64,000 bases of DNA, taken from the IMG/VR virus record IMGVR_UViG_3300048929_000741, positions 1 through 64,000 of that record; one strand, 5' to 3'. A model generated the notes under the pieces. It ran no database searches. It was not told where the DNA came from and was given only the letters and a program-made list of their open reading frames with translations. This stretch comes from a virus. Of the stretch, positions 1-10,419 are shown in pieces (the stretch's first letter is position 1; each line of letters begins with the position of its first letter). The translations under genes were made by a program, and so were the position numbers.

Positions 1-1067
1 TTAAAATTTGCATGGTATTTTATTTATCTCAATAAGAAGCTCTTCTGTATTTTTATGCGTATATACTCCCTTAGTAATATCTGTTACTGAATGACCCACA
101 ATGAGCTTTAGGCAAAGATCATTAATTTGATATTTATCAGCGAGAGTAATAAAAGTATGGCGGGTATCGTGAGGTATATGATTCAATTTCAATCGTTTGG
201 CAGCGGGCTTCCAGTAGTTTGTTAAAAAATTTGTATATGATAAAGCTTTCCCGCTCATGTTTGTCAGCAAATACCTATTACCCTGGTTATAATATCTCTT
301 AAAGAAAGGCAGAACTGCATCATGAATAGGAACGGTCCGGTTAGTACCCGCCTCTGTTTTCATACCACCTATTATATATTTCTCTTGTAGATAAACATTT
401 TTTCTTTCAATGGATATAAATTCACTGGCTCTTAGGCCGGTATAAATCATCATAAGAATTACATCGACAAAGGGTTCTTCTTTATTATTCCAAAGCATTT
501 TTAATTCGTCTTCAGTGAATGGTATGTGCATTATTTCTTCTGTTTTCGTATATTCCCAAGTCACAAGTTCCGCATAATTCTTTTCACAATATTCATTTTT
601 AATCCCATATTCGAACATTTGAGAAATCACTGTTTTTGCCATTGCGACAGTGGAATCTGATTTCTCTTTAAGGGTATCAGCTATCTCTTGAATATCTTTG
701 GTACGAATTGTTGCAAACTTTCTCTGATGAAGAGGTTCAAAACGTCTATAAGCGATTCCATAGTTTCGTATGGTAGCTGCAGATGGTGATTTTATTAAAT
801 TTGTTTTAAATTTCAGCCAATCATCATACAACTCAGTAAAAGTTGGCATATCAGAAAATGACTGATGTTCTAATACGACCTTTCCCGCATTGTAATCAGC
901 CAGGTAAGCATAAGCTTTTTTCTGATTTTCAAAATACTCTAAATATTTGTATGTTTGAATATAGCCTTTTTCAGTTTTCTTACGGCCACTATTATGCGTA
1001 CTGCATAGGGTTTTCTCCGTTTCCCAGACAACTTAATAACAGATCCATATCCATTTGGTAGTTTCAT
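1..1067 (-). pseudogene. int: Phage tyrosine integrase, frameshifted near 990
   Basis: 1..849 has GLRASE, HDTRHT, GHS and the catalytic Y. RBS AAGGAAGG plus ATG at 1067 gives the typical N-terminus MKLPNGYGSVIKLSGKRRKPYAVR, which is out of frame with the catalytic ORF (218-nt offset). Confidence 0.85.
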
Positions 1068-1191
1068 AAAATCCTTCCTTTCTTAAAAAAGAGTACAAAA
1101 ATAGCACCATACCGGTTTACAGGTTAGTGCCAGGGTGATACAATATCTTTGCAAGAATAGTATGTATCGGCACTGCCGGTATAATCTATGT

Positions 1192-1226
1192 AAAGCCGTT
1201 CGGTGTTGGTAGCACCGGGCGGTTTT
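1192..1226. terminator. GC-rich hairpin upstream of the integrase
   Basis: AAAGCCGTTCGGTG-TTGGTAG-CACCGGGCGGTTTT. Confidence 0.65.
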
Positions 1227-1235
1227 GTAATTTAA

Positions 1236-1763
1236 TTAATAGCATTTCGAACAGGGAGTTCTTCCGAGTGACTCAGCTTCTGATTGTGTCATATGAGATG
1301 GATTTTTCATATTACTGCAATTAGAATTAGAGTGGTATTTTGTTCCTGTTCTTGACACCCATACCAATTGTTCCTTATTATTTGAGGTGGTTTCCTTAGA
1401 CGCAGTTTGTGTTGGTTGAGCAGCCCCTGATTTACCAGAGCCCCCGCTTTTTGCGGTTGAAGTGTTCTGTGTAGTCTGTGTTTGAACAATGCCGGAAATA
1501 ATTAGTGCACCGTTCGAATTTACGGTTTTACCATCAGGTGTAGTCGTATTAGTAAGGCAGTAGCCTTTTTCATTGAAATAGTAACATTCTGAAACACCAT
1601 TTGCATCCCCGTCAATCCATTGCCAAGCATTAACTGGATATGTACCATCATCGTTCTGATACCACCATCCGTTGGAATCTGACTGCCATTGTCCAGCAAA
1701 AGAAGCGAAGCTCAGCATTAAAGACATCATAGCAGTTGCAATTAACAATTTAAACTTTTTCAT
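1236..1763 (-). CDS. Secreted cell-wall-binding repeat protein with C-terminal Cys/His metal-binding domain (lysogeny moron)
   Basis: Signal peptide, GQWQSDSNGWWYQNDDGTYP repeats, C-terminal TGTKYH...C...PCSKC. Confidence 0.75.
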   Translation of the reverse strand: MKKFKLLIATAMMSLMLSFASFAGQWQSDSNGWWYQNDDGTYPVNAWQWIDGDANGVSECYYFNEKGYCLTNTTTPDGKTVNSNGALIISGIVQTQTTQNTSTAKSGGSGKSGAAQPTQTASKETTSNNKEQLVWVSRTGTKYHSNSNCSNMKNPSHMTQSEAESLGRTPCSKCY

Positions 1764-1991
1764 CCCATTCCCTCTTTTCTTTAGATTTTTATTAAAAAGC
1801 CTACAGGCTATTTTAATTCTATTTTGAAATCAAAATCAGGATCCCCATGAGTAATAGTTAAATATTGTTTTAATAAATATTTTGCATCTTTATCTGAAAG
1901 CTTATCTATCAGTTCATTCCACTTATTTTATCTTTTTCACGGATAATTACAGCGGCACTTCTTGTCGAAATCATATTTATATCCTATTATA

Positions 1992-2648
1992 TCAAAACAC
2001 TGGTCCGTGTAAATGATAATACTCCGAACACTTAAATATATATTCTTCCCCTACAATAAAACGGCGAACATTTAGAAAGTCAGATACGTTATTATAATAA
2101 TCTGATTCTTTTTCAATTGAAATATTGGTTGTTGCATGAATGCATGGGAAAAACCAATCGCGTATATTTTTATGTAAGTTTTTATGTTCCCACAAGGGAA
2201 ATGTCTTATAGTCTGCCAATATTCGGTTTGCTGCCATGCATGATACATCAAAAGTCTCACAAATATTTTTTACCGAATCAAGATGTAAATACCAAATGAT
2301 GGATCTGGGAGCCAAGATATTACTAGCAAACAGATCCGCTTCTTTTTCGTTACCAGAAGACTCCCCTTCATGATTAAGAACAATATGGCCAACTTCATGC
2401 ATCAGCGAAAACCGTTGGCGTTCTGTATGAAGGAATTTATCATTGTAAAAAATCACTCCCTGAAGAGTGAAAGCATCGTTACTAACTTGTAGGCACTTCC
2501 TGATCTTTGCTTCTGGTAGATCCGAGTATTTATATAATGGTATACCAAGGTCTGTAATAATTTTAATACAGTCAATTGGGAAAGTTTTTACATCACATTT
2601 CTTAAATACTTCTAATGTTTTCTCAATTATTCTGATTTGCTCCAACAA
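1992..2648 (-). CDS. ImmA/IrrE family metallopeptidase
   Basis: RQRFSLMHEVGH (HExxH), EKEADLFASNILAP; next to the repressor. Confidence 0.9.
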   Translation of the reverse strand: MLEQIRIIEKTLEVFKKCDVKTFPIDCIKIITDLGIPLYKYSDLPEAKIRKCLQVSNDAFTLQGVIFYNDKFLHTERQRFSLMHEVGHIVLNHEGESSGNEKEADLFASNILAPRSIIWYLHLDSVKNICETFDVSCMAANRILADYKTFPLWEHKNLHKNIRDWFFPCIHATTNISIEKESDYYNNVSDFLNVRRFIVGEEYIFKCSEYYHLHGPVF

Positions 2649-2657
2649 AATTTCTCC

Positions 2658-2984
2658 TTAGTCATCGGACAGAAGAGTTCTTATAATGTCCTGTTTTTGT
2701 TCGAGCGTGAGTTTCTTTCCATTTCTGGCAATTAGACTTTGAATGTCTTCATAGGTTGGTTCGTAAATATTTCCGGATTCACCTCTTGCCATCTCATCTA
2801 ACCCCTCAACCGTAATACCCAATTCTTTGCAGATCGATATCACAATATTAACACTTGCACCGCCGACACCTCTTTTTAAAATAGAGTACAGTGTGCTTTC
2901 TGATATTCCACATTTCTCAGCAAAAGCTCTTTTACTGAGCCCGGTATCATTAATCAATTTTTCTAATATTCTAGCTTTTTCCAT
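2658..2984 (-). CDS. XRE-family phage repressor (CI/ImmR-like)
   Basis: HTH SKRAFAEKCGISESTLYSIL; divergent from the cro-like gene. Confidence 0.88.
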   Translation of the reverse strand: MEKARILEKLINDTGLSKRAFAEKCGISESTLYSILKRGVGGASVNIVISICKELGITVEGLDEMARGESGNIYEPTYEDIQSLIARNGKKLTLEQKQDIIRTLLSDD

Positions 2985-3011
2985 TTTTTCACCTCACTTA
3001 GTACAACAATA

Positions 3012-3165
3012 GTATACGCGCAATTACGCGAAAAGTAAAGTGAAATATTCGTGAATACGCACATATTATTACGTAACATAATATTCATGCAATTGCGCGA
3101 ATAAACATCTTGACAATGCGTGCAATTGAGCGTATTATATAAGCAAGGTTAGCGCAGTTGCGCAG
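3012..3165. promoter_or_regulatory. Genetic switch: rightward promoter with about four repressor operators
   Basis: TTGACA(3110)-17-TATTAT(3133); imperfect GCGCAATTGCGC palindromes near 3016, 3085, 3118 (in the spacer) and 3151. Confidence 0.8.
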
Positions 3166-3183
3166 ATGATTGGAGGTGAGAAT

Positions 3184-3399
3184 ATGTATAAAAACCTTCT
3201 GTTTGCAATGAATGAGAGAAAAATAACGTTCACTCAAATATCTGAACTGCTTCAATGTCAGTTAAGGACAGTTTCAGAAAGATGTAAAGGAGTGTCAAAA
3301 ACAGAATTTACTGTTAGTGAGGCTCTATTGATGAAGAAAGTGTTTTTCCCTGAATACGACTTCAATTGGTTGTTTGATAAAGAGAAGTTGTCAGCATAA
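3184..3399 (+). CDS. Cro-like HTH regulator
   Basis: RBS GGAGGTG; MYKNL...ITFTQISELL...FFPEYDFNWLF. Confidence 0.8.
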   Translation: MYKNLLFAMNERKITFTQISELLQCQLRTVSERCKGVSKTEFTVSEALLMKKVFFPEYDFNWLFDKEKLSA

Positions 3400-3404
3400 T
3401 AAAA

Positions 3405-3455
3405 GAACACACGTTCGAATAGTTATAATATATCACTGTATCAGGAACGTGTCAA
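3405..3455 (-). promoter_or_regulatory. LexA (Cheo) box plus leftward promoter antisense to cro
   Basis: GAAC-ACAC-GTTC at 3405-3416; minus-strand TTGACA(3455-3450)-17-TATATT with TGn extension. Confidence 0.65.
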
Positions 3456-3496
3456 TTAAAAAGGGGAAATTTGTCGAGAATGAGAGGAGAAGACTC

Positions 3497-3733
3497 ATGT
3501 CAGCATTGGATAAAGTCTCTACTGCGCAAGCAGCAAGAGAACTAAAAACAACAATACTCAATATTCAGGAAAGTCTTATTCAGGGGCAGATGCCTATTGG
3601 CTATGCCCAGAAAAGAAGAAACAGTTCCAGATATAACTTCGTAATATATCGTGGTCTTCTGGATTCATATATAGAAAAAATTGAATCCGGTGAGCTGTTT
3701 GACTTTTCCCGTGGGGAGGAGGTGAAAGAGTAA
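3497..3733 (+). CDS. Small DNA-binding/excisionase-like phage protein
   Basis: RBS GAGGAG; VSTAQAARELK...PIGYA...YNFVIYR pattern. Confidence 0.55.
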   Translation: MSALDKVSTAQAARELKTTILNIQESLIQGQMPIGYAQKRRNSSRYNFVIYRGLLDSYIEKIESGELFDFSRGEEVKE

Positions 3734-3883
3734 TGAGAACTTTATCAGTAGCAGAGCAAAAGGATGTTAACTTGATCCCGGTTTTGGAAATTGATAGGCA
3801 GGTTGTGTCAGGTAATTGGTATCCGGTGTGTATTAATGATGGTCGGATCATTGGATCAGAAGATGAAAAGTGAGGTGCTCAAG

Positions 3884-4069
3884 TTGGACAAGCGGAAAGC
3901 AGCTGAGATCATTTTACAGGCTATTGATGATCACGGCCCAGTCCAAGTTAACTGGAATATGGAAGATCATTGGATTAGTGCCATTCTAAGAGGCCTTACC
4001 ATGATAGACTTGGCTGAACAAACAGAGACCTCAGGAGCTGCAACTCCCAGGGAATCAAAAAGATACTAA
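3884..4069 (+). CDS. Hypothetical phage protein
   Basis: RBS GAGGTG plus TTG start within track ORF 3791..4069. Confidence 0.5.
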   Translation: MDKRKAAEIILQAIDDHGPVQVNWNMEDHWISAILRGLTMIDLAEQTETSGAATPRESKRY

Positions 4070-4115
4070 ATAATTTTACAATACCAGTATAAGGGATTCG
4101 CAGGAGGAAATCAAG

Positions 4116-4382
4116 ATGGAAGAATTATTAAATGCTATTTTAATGGCATCTTTAACTGAATCAGAAAAGGCTAAGATTGAACAGCCAGTATTTGTTTCTG
4201 TAAAGAAAGATCCAGGGTTGAACGGTAAAGTTACGACTGAAATATATGGTCCATCAACTAGCGTTATTACTTGTTGTGTTATTTTACTTTTTAAAGTGGT
4301 GAAGTCAATATCGCCAGAGTGTAAGGCAATACAGAAAGAAATCCTTGAAACGATTTATACAATGGCAGCTGATAATTTGTAG
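4116..4382 (+). CDS. Hypothetical phage protein
   Basis: RBS GGAGG; co-oriented in the early operon. Confidence 0.6.
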   Translation: MEELLNAILMASLTESEKAKIEQPVFVSVKKDPGLNGKVTTEIYGPSTSVITCCVILLFKVVKSISPECKAIQKEILETIYTMAADNL

Positions 4383-4405
4383 CTTAAATAGGAGGAGAAA
4401 GCGCT

Positions 4406-5029
4406 ATGGATACATTACAGAACAATACAGTTACTTTAATCGGAGAAATTGTTTCCGGTTTTACTTTTAACCATGAGGTATTTGGCGAAGGATTTTATTC
4501 AGTAGATTTGGCTGTTACTCGGCTCAGCCAGCAGGTGGACGTAATTCCTCTGATAATTTCAGAACGTCTCATCGATGTCAAAGGAAATTACGAAGGTTGT
4601 ACCATAGAAGCGATTGGTCAGTTCCGTTCCTATAATCATCATGAGGGAACAAAGAACCGCCTTATACTTTCTGCCTTTGTCCATGAGATACGTTTTATGG
4701 AGGAATTTACCGATTATACCAAAACCAACCTGATTTCGCTAAATGGATACCTGTGCAAACCGCCTGTGTATAGAAAGACTCCTCGTGGGCGTGAAATTGC
4801 AGACTTACTTCTCGCAGTGAATCGCCCTTACGGGAAATCGGATTATATTCCATGCATTGTATGGGGGAGAAACGCAAGATATGCTTCAGAGCTTTCTGTC
4901 GGCTGTAGGATGGAAATATTTGGAAGAATCCAGAGCAGAGATTATGAAAAGAGGGTATCAGAGACAGAAATTGACTGTCGTAGGGCTTATGAGGTTTCTG
5001 TTTCTAAGTTGGAGGTATATGACAAATGA
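4406..5029 (+). CDS. ssb: Single-stranded DNA-binding protein, double OB-fold clostridial type
   Basis: LNGYLCKPPVYRKTPRGREIADLLLAVNRPYGKSDYIPCIVWG. Confidence 0.85.
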   Translation: MDTLQNNTVTLIGEIVSGFTFNHEVFGEGFYSVDLAVTRLSQQVDVIPLIISERLIDVKGNYEGCTIEAIGQFRSYNHHEGTKNRLILSAFVHEIRFMEEFTDYTKTNLISLNGYLCKPPVYRKTPRGREIADLLLAVNRPYGKSDYIPCIVWGRNARYASELSVGCRMEIFGRIQSRDYEKRVSETEIDCRRAYEVSVSKLEVYDK

Positions 5030-5496
5030 TTAAAGACAGAGCAAAAGATGTGTTAATAAATATGGGAATGCCGGCTTCTGTCATCGGTATTGATTACATA
5101 GCTGAAATCATGGAATTATTTGAAACAGGATTTCATGATATTAAAATCATGGCTCTATATGAAAAGATCGGTAAAAAACACAGCACAACCAGTACTGGTG
5201 TTGAAAGAGCCATACGTCATGCTTTTAGAATAGTTGTTACGAAGGGTAACCGTTCAATGATAGAAAAATATTTATCTATTGATAATACCACAAATTCTAA
5301 TCTGTTACACCTACTCTACTATCGACTGAAACAGGAAGAGGAATGTTGTGTTGAGCCGGCAGGATCTGAGTCTAAAGTGGATTTAAGTAAACGGGATCCA
5401 TACAAAGATCTTGAAAAGGATATGATTCAGGCTATTCAAAAATTTATTAAGAATTTAAGGGAGGAAAATGCAAATGCATGTAGTAAAGTTGGTTAG
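5026..5496 (+). CDS. Spo0A C-terminal effector domain protein without a receiver domain
   Basis: ALYEKIGKKHSTTSTGVERAIRHAF matches the Spo0A HTH (LYPxIAKKYNTTASRVERAIRHA). Confidence 0.8.
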   Translation: MIKDRAKDVLINMGMPASVIGIDYIAEIMELFETGFHDIKIMALYEKIGKKHSTTSTGVERAIRHAFRIVVTKGNRSMIEKYLSIDNTTNSNLLHLLYYRLKQEEECCVEPAGSESKVDLSKRDPYKDLEKDMIQAIQKFIKNLREENANACSKVG

Positions 5497-7477
5497 TGCT
5501 CACTGTGAGAATTTCAAAGGTTTTAAAAACTTTGACGTACAGTTTGGGGACAAGATTACTCATATTAAAGGTGCAAATGGCTTGGGTAAATCCACCACTG
5601 CAGAATTGCTTATGTGGGTGCTTCATGGAGTAGGTAATGACTTGACCAGCAACCCTAAGGTGCGCCGGGAAGTCAATAAGGTTCCTGTGGCTGATGTTCC
5701 GGTGGTGGGTGAAATCACAATGATGGTTGATGGGAAAGAAATTATTGCAAAAAAGATCCAGAAGCGGACAACTAAAAAAGATAGTAGTTACTCTGACGAT
5801 AATACATATTCCATCAATGGCGTGGAGAAAAATCTTAAAGACTTTATTGCTTATTTTGAATTTGATTTTGATGATTTACTTATGTGTATGAACATCGGGG
5901 CGTTTCTGGCGAAGAAGCCTAAGGATATGAGAGATTTTCTTTTTAAGCTGCCGCAGGATATTACCATAAATGATATTGTCGCAAAGTATCCGGAATTTAC
6001 GGAATTGGTGCCGTTACTAGAAAAGTATGACGTTGAAGAGATTTTTTCCATGAATAAAGCGAGTGTGCTGAAACTGAATAAAGAAATTGCTGGTTATCCT
6101 GGTCGGATCGATGAAGTCAATCGTCAGATCGTGGAAGATGTCGATACGGCTGAACTGGAATTACAGAAAAACGAGTTGCAGCGCCAGATTGCAGGCATTG
6201 AGAAGCAGGAAGAAGATTCTCTTGCACAGTCAAAGCAGTTTGATTCCATGTCCAAAGATATTATGGACCTGCAATTCAAACGTTCCGGTATTGAACAGGC
6301 TGCCAATGCAGTTCTGATTGAGCATAGGAAAGAGATACAAAAACGAATTGATGAAGCAGAACTTCAGTTTCGACAGGCTATGAATAATTCTTCCATGGCA
6401 GAAATGGATAAGCAAAGATTACTGGAAGCTATAGACCGGAAAAAAGAACATAAAACCAGTTTGTTGGAAGAATACACTAATACATCACAGAGAGTCTTTC
6501 CTCAGTATGTGGCGCTTCCTAAATTTGTATCAGATAGTTTTGTTTGCCCAACCTGCGGACAGGAATTACCAGAAGCTGTGAAGATTCAAAAACAAGAGCA
6601 GTATGAAATAAATAGCCAGAAGCACCGTGAGAAATATGAGAACGAGAAGAAAGAGTGGGAAAAGCAAAGATCGGATCTGCTGGTCACAATATCTGAAAAG
6701 GGACGTACATTAAAAGCTGAAATTGAACAGCTAGAGATAAAAGAACTTCCTGAAATTGAGAATCGTATAAAGTCTTCCAACGAGCTGAAAGTTGTAGCTA
6801 ATGGTGCAAAGAATAAGGCTATGGAAGAGTTAAATTCACTTCCAAATAAGGTTGATTTATCGGACAACCAGGAATATGAATCCCTTTGCCAAGAGATTCT
6901 CAAAAAGGAAGAAGCTCTAAGATCTGTGAATACTGGCGCTGATTATCGAGCAACCCTCCGGTCGCAAAAATCCGAGTTGCAGGCTGAATTGGATTCTGTT
7001 AAAGAGAAGATTTCCAGAACGGTTAAGAATGTAGAACTGGAAGAGAGATTAACCTTTTTACGAAATGAACAGCTGCAGAAAGAACAGTCAAAAGCAGGCT
7101 GTGAGAAAATTCTTGATTTGCTGGATCAGCTCGATCAGAGAAAGAATGAACTTTTGGTTGATTCAATCAACAGCTATTTTGGCGGCAGGGTAACATGGGA
7201 TTTGTTTGCGTTTGCCAAGAATGGTGGATATAAAAAAGATTACTGCGTTCCCAGAATTGACGGATACGAGATTCACGATAACACGGCGAACCATGGTAGA
7301 AAAATTGAAGCCATGATGATTATCGCTTTGACTATTCAGAAGATCGTAGGCATTCAGTGTCCGGTCATACTTGATGATGGGGAAAGCCTTGACCCGTGGA
7401 GGTTGCCAGTATGTGAGAGCCAGTTGATTATTATGAGCAGAGCAGATAACAAAGAGTTAATAGTTGAGGTTGCATAA
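5468..7477 (+). CDS. Rad50/SMC-like AAA ATPase (phage recombination)
   Basis: ENFKG, Walker A GANGLGKST, coiled coil, CPTC hook, Walker B VILDDGES. Confidence 0.88.
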   Translation: MQMHVVKLVSAHCENFKGFKNFDVQFGDKITHIKGANGLGKSTTAELLMWVLHGVGNDLTSNPKVRREVNKVPVADVPVVGEITMMVDGKEIIAKKIQKRTTKKDSSYSDDNTYSINGVEKNLKDFIAYFEFDFDDLLMCMNIGAFLAKKPKDMRDFLFKLPQDITINDIVAKYPEFTELVPLLEKYDVEEIFSMNKASVLKLNKEIAGYPGRIDEVNRQIVEDVDTAELELQKNELQRQIAGIEKQEEDSLAQSKQFDSMSKDIMDLQFKRSGIEQAANAVLIEHRKEIQKRIDEAELQFRQAMNNSSMAEMDKQRLLEAIDRKKEHKTSLLEEYTNTSQRVFPQYVALPKFVSDSFVCPTCGQELPEAVKIQKQEQYEINSQKHREKYENEKKEWEKQRSDLLVTISEKGRTLKAEIEQLEIKELPEIENRIKSSNELKVVANGAKNKAMEELNSLPNKVDLSDNQEYESLCQEILKKEEALRSVNTGADYRATLRSQKSELQAELDSVKEKISRTVKNVELEERLTFLRNEQLQKEQSKAGCEKILDLLDQLDQRKNELLVDSINSYFGGRVTWDLFAFAKNGGYKKDYCVPRIDGYEIHDNTANHGRKIEAMMIIALTIQKIVGIQCPVILDDGESLDPWRLPVCESQLIIMSRADNKELIVEVA

Positions 7478-7622
7478 TGGACGCTGATAGCCTTGTGCGC
7501 ATTACGGAGTTCATACATGCATTGAAAATATTTATTACAGCAGGTAAACGTCTAAAAGATGAAGATATAAAATATTTGAAACAAATAGTAAAAATAATGG
7601 AAAAGGAAATGGAGGGGAGTTA

Positions 7623-7871
7623 ATGCAGATTATAAAAGTGCAGTTTTTAAAGGGAGAAGTCCCAAGTGGTAAAGCATATACATATTTTTCAGATGAAGTG
7701 GTAACTGTCGGGGATTTGGTTCAGATAAACTCTTCTGCAAAGGGAATTGTTGCCGAAGTTGATATATCAGAAAGCGAGATTAAAGCTTTTCGGGATAAAG
7801 TTAAGGCGATTGCTGGAAAAGTTGTTGAAGTGTCACAAGAAAAAAACGATGAAAAGAAAGGGGATAAATAA
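7623..7871 (+). CDS. Hypothetical phage protein
   Basis: Coupled ORF with RBS GGAGG. Confidence 0.6.
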   Translation: MQIIKVQFLKGEVPSGKAYTYFSDEVVTVGDLVQINSSAKGIVAEVDISESEIKAFRDKVKAIAGKVVEVSQEKNDEKKGDK

Positions 7872-7873
7872 TC

Positions 7874-8797
7874 ATGGCAAAACAGGAAGTAGTGGCGACC
7901 GGAAAACAGCAGGCAGCTTTGGTAGTAAATAATGCTTTCATTGACGGCTTAAATGCACAGTTGAAACAGAAGCAGGAATATGGGCTTACATTCCCGGCAG
8001 ATTACAATCCTACAAATGCTTTAATGGGGGCATATCTGATTTTAAAAGAGACCAAGGACAGAAATGGTAAATATGTTTTAGAAACATGTTCACAGGCCAG
8101 TATTGCCAATTCGCTTATGGACATGGTGACAATGGGATTGTCAATGCAGAAGCGGCAGTGTTATCCGATAGCCTATGGCGGAAAGTTGCAGTGTCAGGTT
8201 TCCTATCATGGTCACAAAGCCATGGCACATAGATACGGGGCTAAAGATATTAATGCAGAGGTCATTTACGAAGGCGACACATTCAAATATCACATTGAAA
8301 ATGGTCGAAAGATTCTTGATGAACACACACAAGATTTTGAGAATATCGACCTGACTAAGATCAAAGGTGCTTATTGTATAGTTGTCTTTGATGGCGGCAG
8401 TACATACATGGAAGTAATGAATATTAATCAGATTAAAACAGCATGGAAAAAGGGATATGGATACAAAGAGAATAGTGGCACTCATGCGGAATTTACTGAC
8501 ATGATGGCAAAGAAGACAGTGATTTCCAGAGCCTGCAAGCAGATTGTTCAGCAGTATGGTGATGTATTTGCTATCGAAGCAGTTGACAAGGCAGAAGATA
8601 TTGATTCGGCAGACGTTGTTGCAGAGGACGTAGCCTACGATGTTCAAAGTTATGCCAATGCGCAGGAATTTCCAATGCCAGAGGATCCAGAGCCGATTGA
8701 TCAGGAAGAAGTACCTGCAGGTGATGAAGTTCCAAAACAGCAGGCAGAAGCCGAGCCAGAGCCAAAACCACAGCCACAGAAGCCTGATTGGGCATAA
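7874..8797 (+). CDS. recT: RecT-family single-strand annealing recombinase
   Basis: QCYPIAYGGKLQCQVSYHG, MMAKKTVISRACK, acidic tail. Confidence 0.9.
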   Translation: MAKQEVVATGKQQAALVVNNAFIDGLNAQLKQKQEYGLTFPADYNPTNALMGAYLILKETKDRNGKYVLETCSQASIANSLMDMVTMGLSMQKRQCYPIAYGGKLQCQVSYHGHKAMAHRYGAKDINAEVIYEGDTFKYHIENGRKILDEHTQDFENIDLTKIKGAYCIVVFDGGSTYMEVMNINQIKTAWKKGYGYKENSGTHAEFTDMMAKKTVISRACKQIVQQYGDVFAIEAVDKAEDIDSADVVAEDVAYDVQSYANAQEFPMPEDPEPIDQEEVPAGDEVPKQQAEAEPEPKPQPQKPDWA

Positions 8798-8806
8798 GGA
8801 GCATTA

Positions 8807-9106
8807 ATGACAGATAAGGAAAAGCTTGAGCATATCGCAAATATTTACGGCTTAGATAAACAGCTTCCCATTCTGGCAGAGGAATGTTGTGAGTTGGGAC
8901 AGGCGGCTCTTAAATTGACTAGATATCCATTTGACCCCGCCTGCAAAACCCATCTATATGAAGAACTGGCAGATGTAAAAATCATGGTTGACCAAATTAC
9001 TCACTTGATGGGACCGGATAAAATCCAGCCTTATATAACTGCAAAACTGAATCGACAGATTGAAAGGATTAAGGGAACATTAAACCCAAATGAAAAGGTC
9101 GATTGA
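8807..9106 (+). CDS. MazG-like nucleotide pyrophosphohydrolase
   Basis: LAEECCEL...LYEELADV motifs. Confidence 0.7.
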   Translation: MTDKEKLEHIANIYGLDKQLPILAEECCELGQAALKLTRYPFDPACKTHLYEELADVKIMVDQITHLMGPDKIQPYITAKLNRQIERIKGTLNPNEKVD

Positions 9107-9107
9107 T

Positions 9108-9839
9108 ATGGTATTAAAAGTAATCGGCAGTTCCAGTAAAGGAAACGGATATGCACTAATAGCAGATAATGAAATCCTACTTCTGGAATGTGGTTGCCCG
9201 TTCAAAGAAATTAAAAGAGCCATTGACTGGCAAATTCTAAAGATAAAAGGTTGTTTGCTCACACATGGGCATTCAGATCACTCTAAATATACTAAAGATT
9301 TTCTAAAAGCCGGAATCCCGGTACATACCAACGATGAAACAAAACAAACGGTGGGAGAAATTCCCGGAGCACAGTTATACGGAGTACCAGAGTTTAAAGC
9401 GATACGGATAGGAGGATTTAAAGTTATTCCTTTCCATGTTCCGCATAATGGAACACCAAACTATGGTTATCTGATTGAACATAAGGAAATGGGAAGATTG
9501 CTGTTCGTCACAGATTATGAGTACATACCATACAATTTTCAGAAACAGCCGATTCAACACTTCCTGATTGAAGCAAATTACCAGGAGCAGTTCATTGACC
9601 GGGATTTACCGAACTATGAACATAAACTTCTGGGGCATGCATCTCTGGAAACCTGTATCGGAGCCATTAAAGCGAACAATTCACCGAACCTTAGGAATGT
9701 GATAATGTGCCATCTGGGAGCCGGTTCTAGTTCGAGTAAGTATTTTATTAACGAAATGCAGAAAGTGACTGGCAGAAGTATTAACGTGGATTGCGCAGTG
9801 CCAGGGCTTACAGTGGAACTGAATAAAAGTCCATTTTGA
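9108..9839 (+). CDS. MBL-fold metallo-hydrolase (phage nuclease)
   Basis: GSSSKGN, THGHSDH, FVTD, IEANY. Confidence 0.88.
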   Translation: MVLKVIGSSSKGNGYALIADNEILLLECGCPFKEIKRAIDWQILKIKGCLLTHGHSDHSKYTKDFLKAGIPVHTNDETKQTVGEIPGAQLYGVPEFKAIRIGGFKVIPFHVPHNGTPNYGYLIEHKEMGRLLFVTDYEYIPYNFQKQPIQHFLIEANYQEQFIDRDLPNYEHKLLGHASLETCIGAIKANNSPNLRNVIMCHLGAGSSSSKYFINEMQKVTGRSINVDCAVPGLTVELNKSPF

Positions 9840-9852
9840 TGAAAGGAGTTTT

Positions 9853-10419
9853 ATGAAAGACGTAGCAAGAGTAATTGTTACATATAACTGCCCTCGCAAT
9901 TGCCCGAATTGCTGTAATGAGTATATCGGAAATGTACCGGCGGTTAATTTTGAGGATTTATTGAAATATAAAGAACTGGTTATTACCGGTGGAGAACCTA
10001 TGGAAATTGCCCCAAGAGTGGTGGAAATGATTCACAGACTTCAAGCAAATGAATACACTGGGAAGTTATGGCTTTATACATCTTGCCTTAAAGCAACTAA
10101 ATGGGCGGATAGAGCAGTTTTGCAAGCGGTGAATGGAATTACATATACCTTACATCACAAGCCATCACAGAAAGATTTAAGTGATGTATGTAAGTTAAAT
10201 AAATACCTATTGGAGAACCTTGATAATCGGGCGCATGACCGTTCTGACCGTCTGCTGATCGATAGTAGGTGTTATACAGAAGAGGTTCTGAAAATTATTG
10301 GTTTATATGATACTGGTACAAAGCATTGGTCGAGCATTAAAACACTGGAATGGAAAGATGATGAATGCCCGATTCCAGATAATGAGGAGTTGGTCTATTA
10401 CGATTTGGAAAGAGAATAA
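9853..10419 (+). CDS. Short radical SAM protein
   Basis: CPRNCPNC (CxxxCxxC) and ITGGEP. Confidence 0.8.
   Translation: MKDVARVIVTYNCPRNCPNCCNEYIGNVPAVNFEDLLKYKELVITGGEPMEIAPRVVEMIHRLQANEYTGKLWLYTSCLKATKWADRAVLQAVNGITYTLHHKPSQKDLSDVCKLNKYLLENLDNRAHDRSDRLLIDSRCYTEEVLKIIGLYDTGTKHWSSIKTLEWKDDECPIPDNEELVYYDLERE

Noticed and set aside
843-1061. Plus-strand 72-aa ORF
   Set aside because: Antisense shadow of the frameshifted integrase N-terminus
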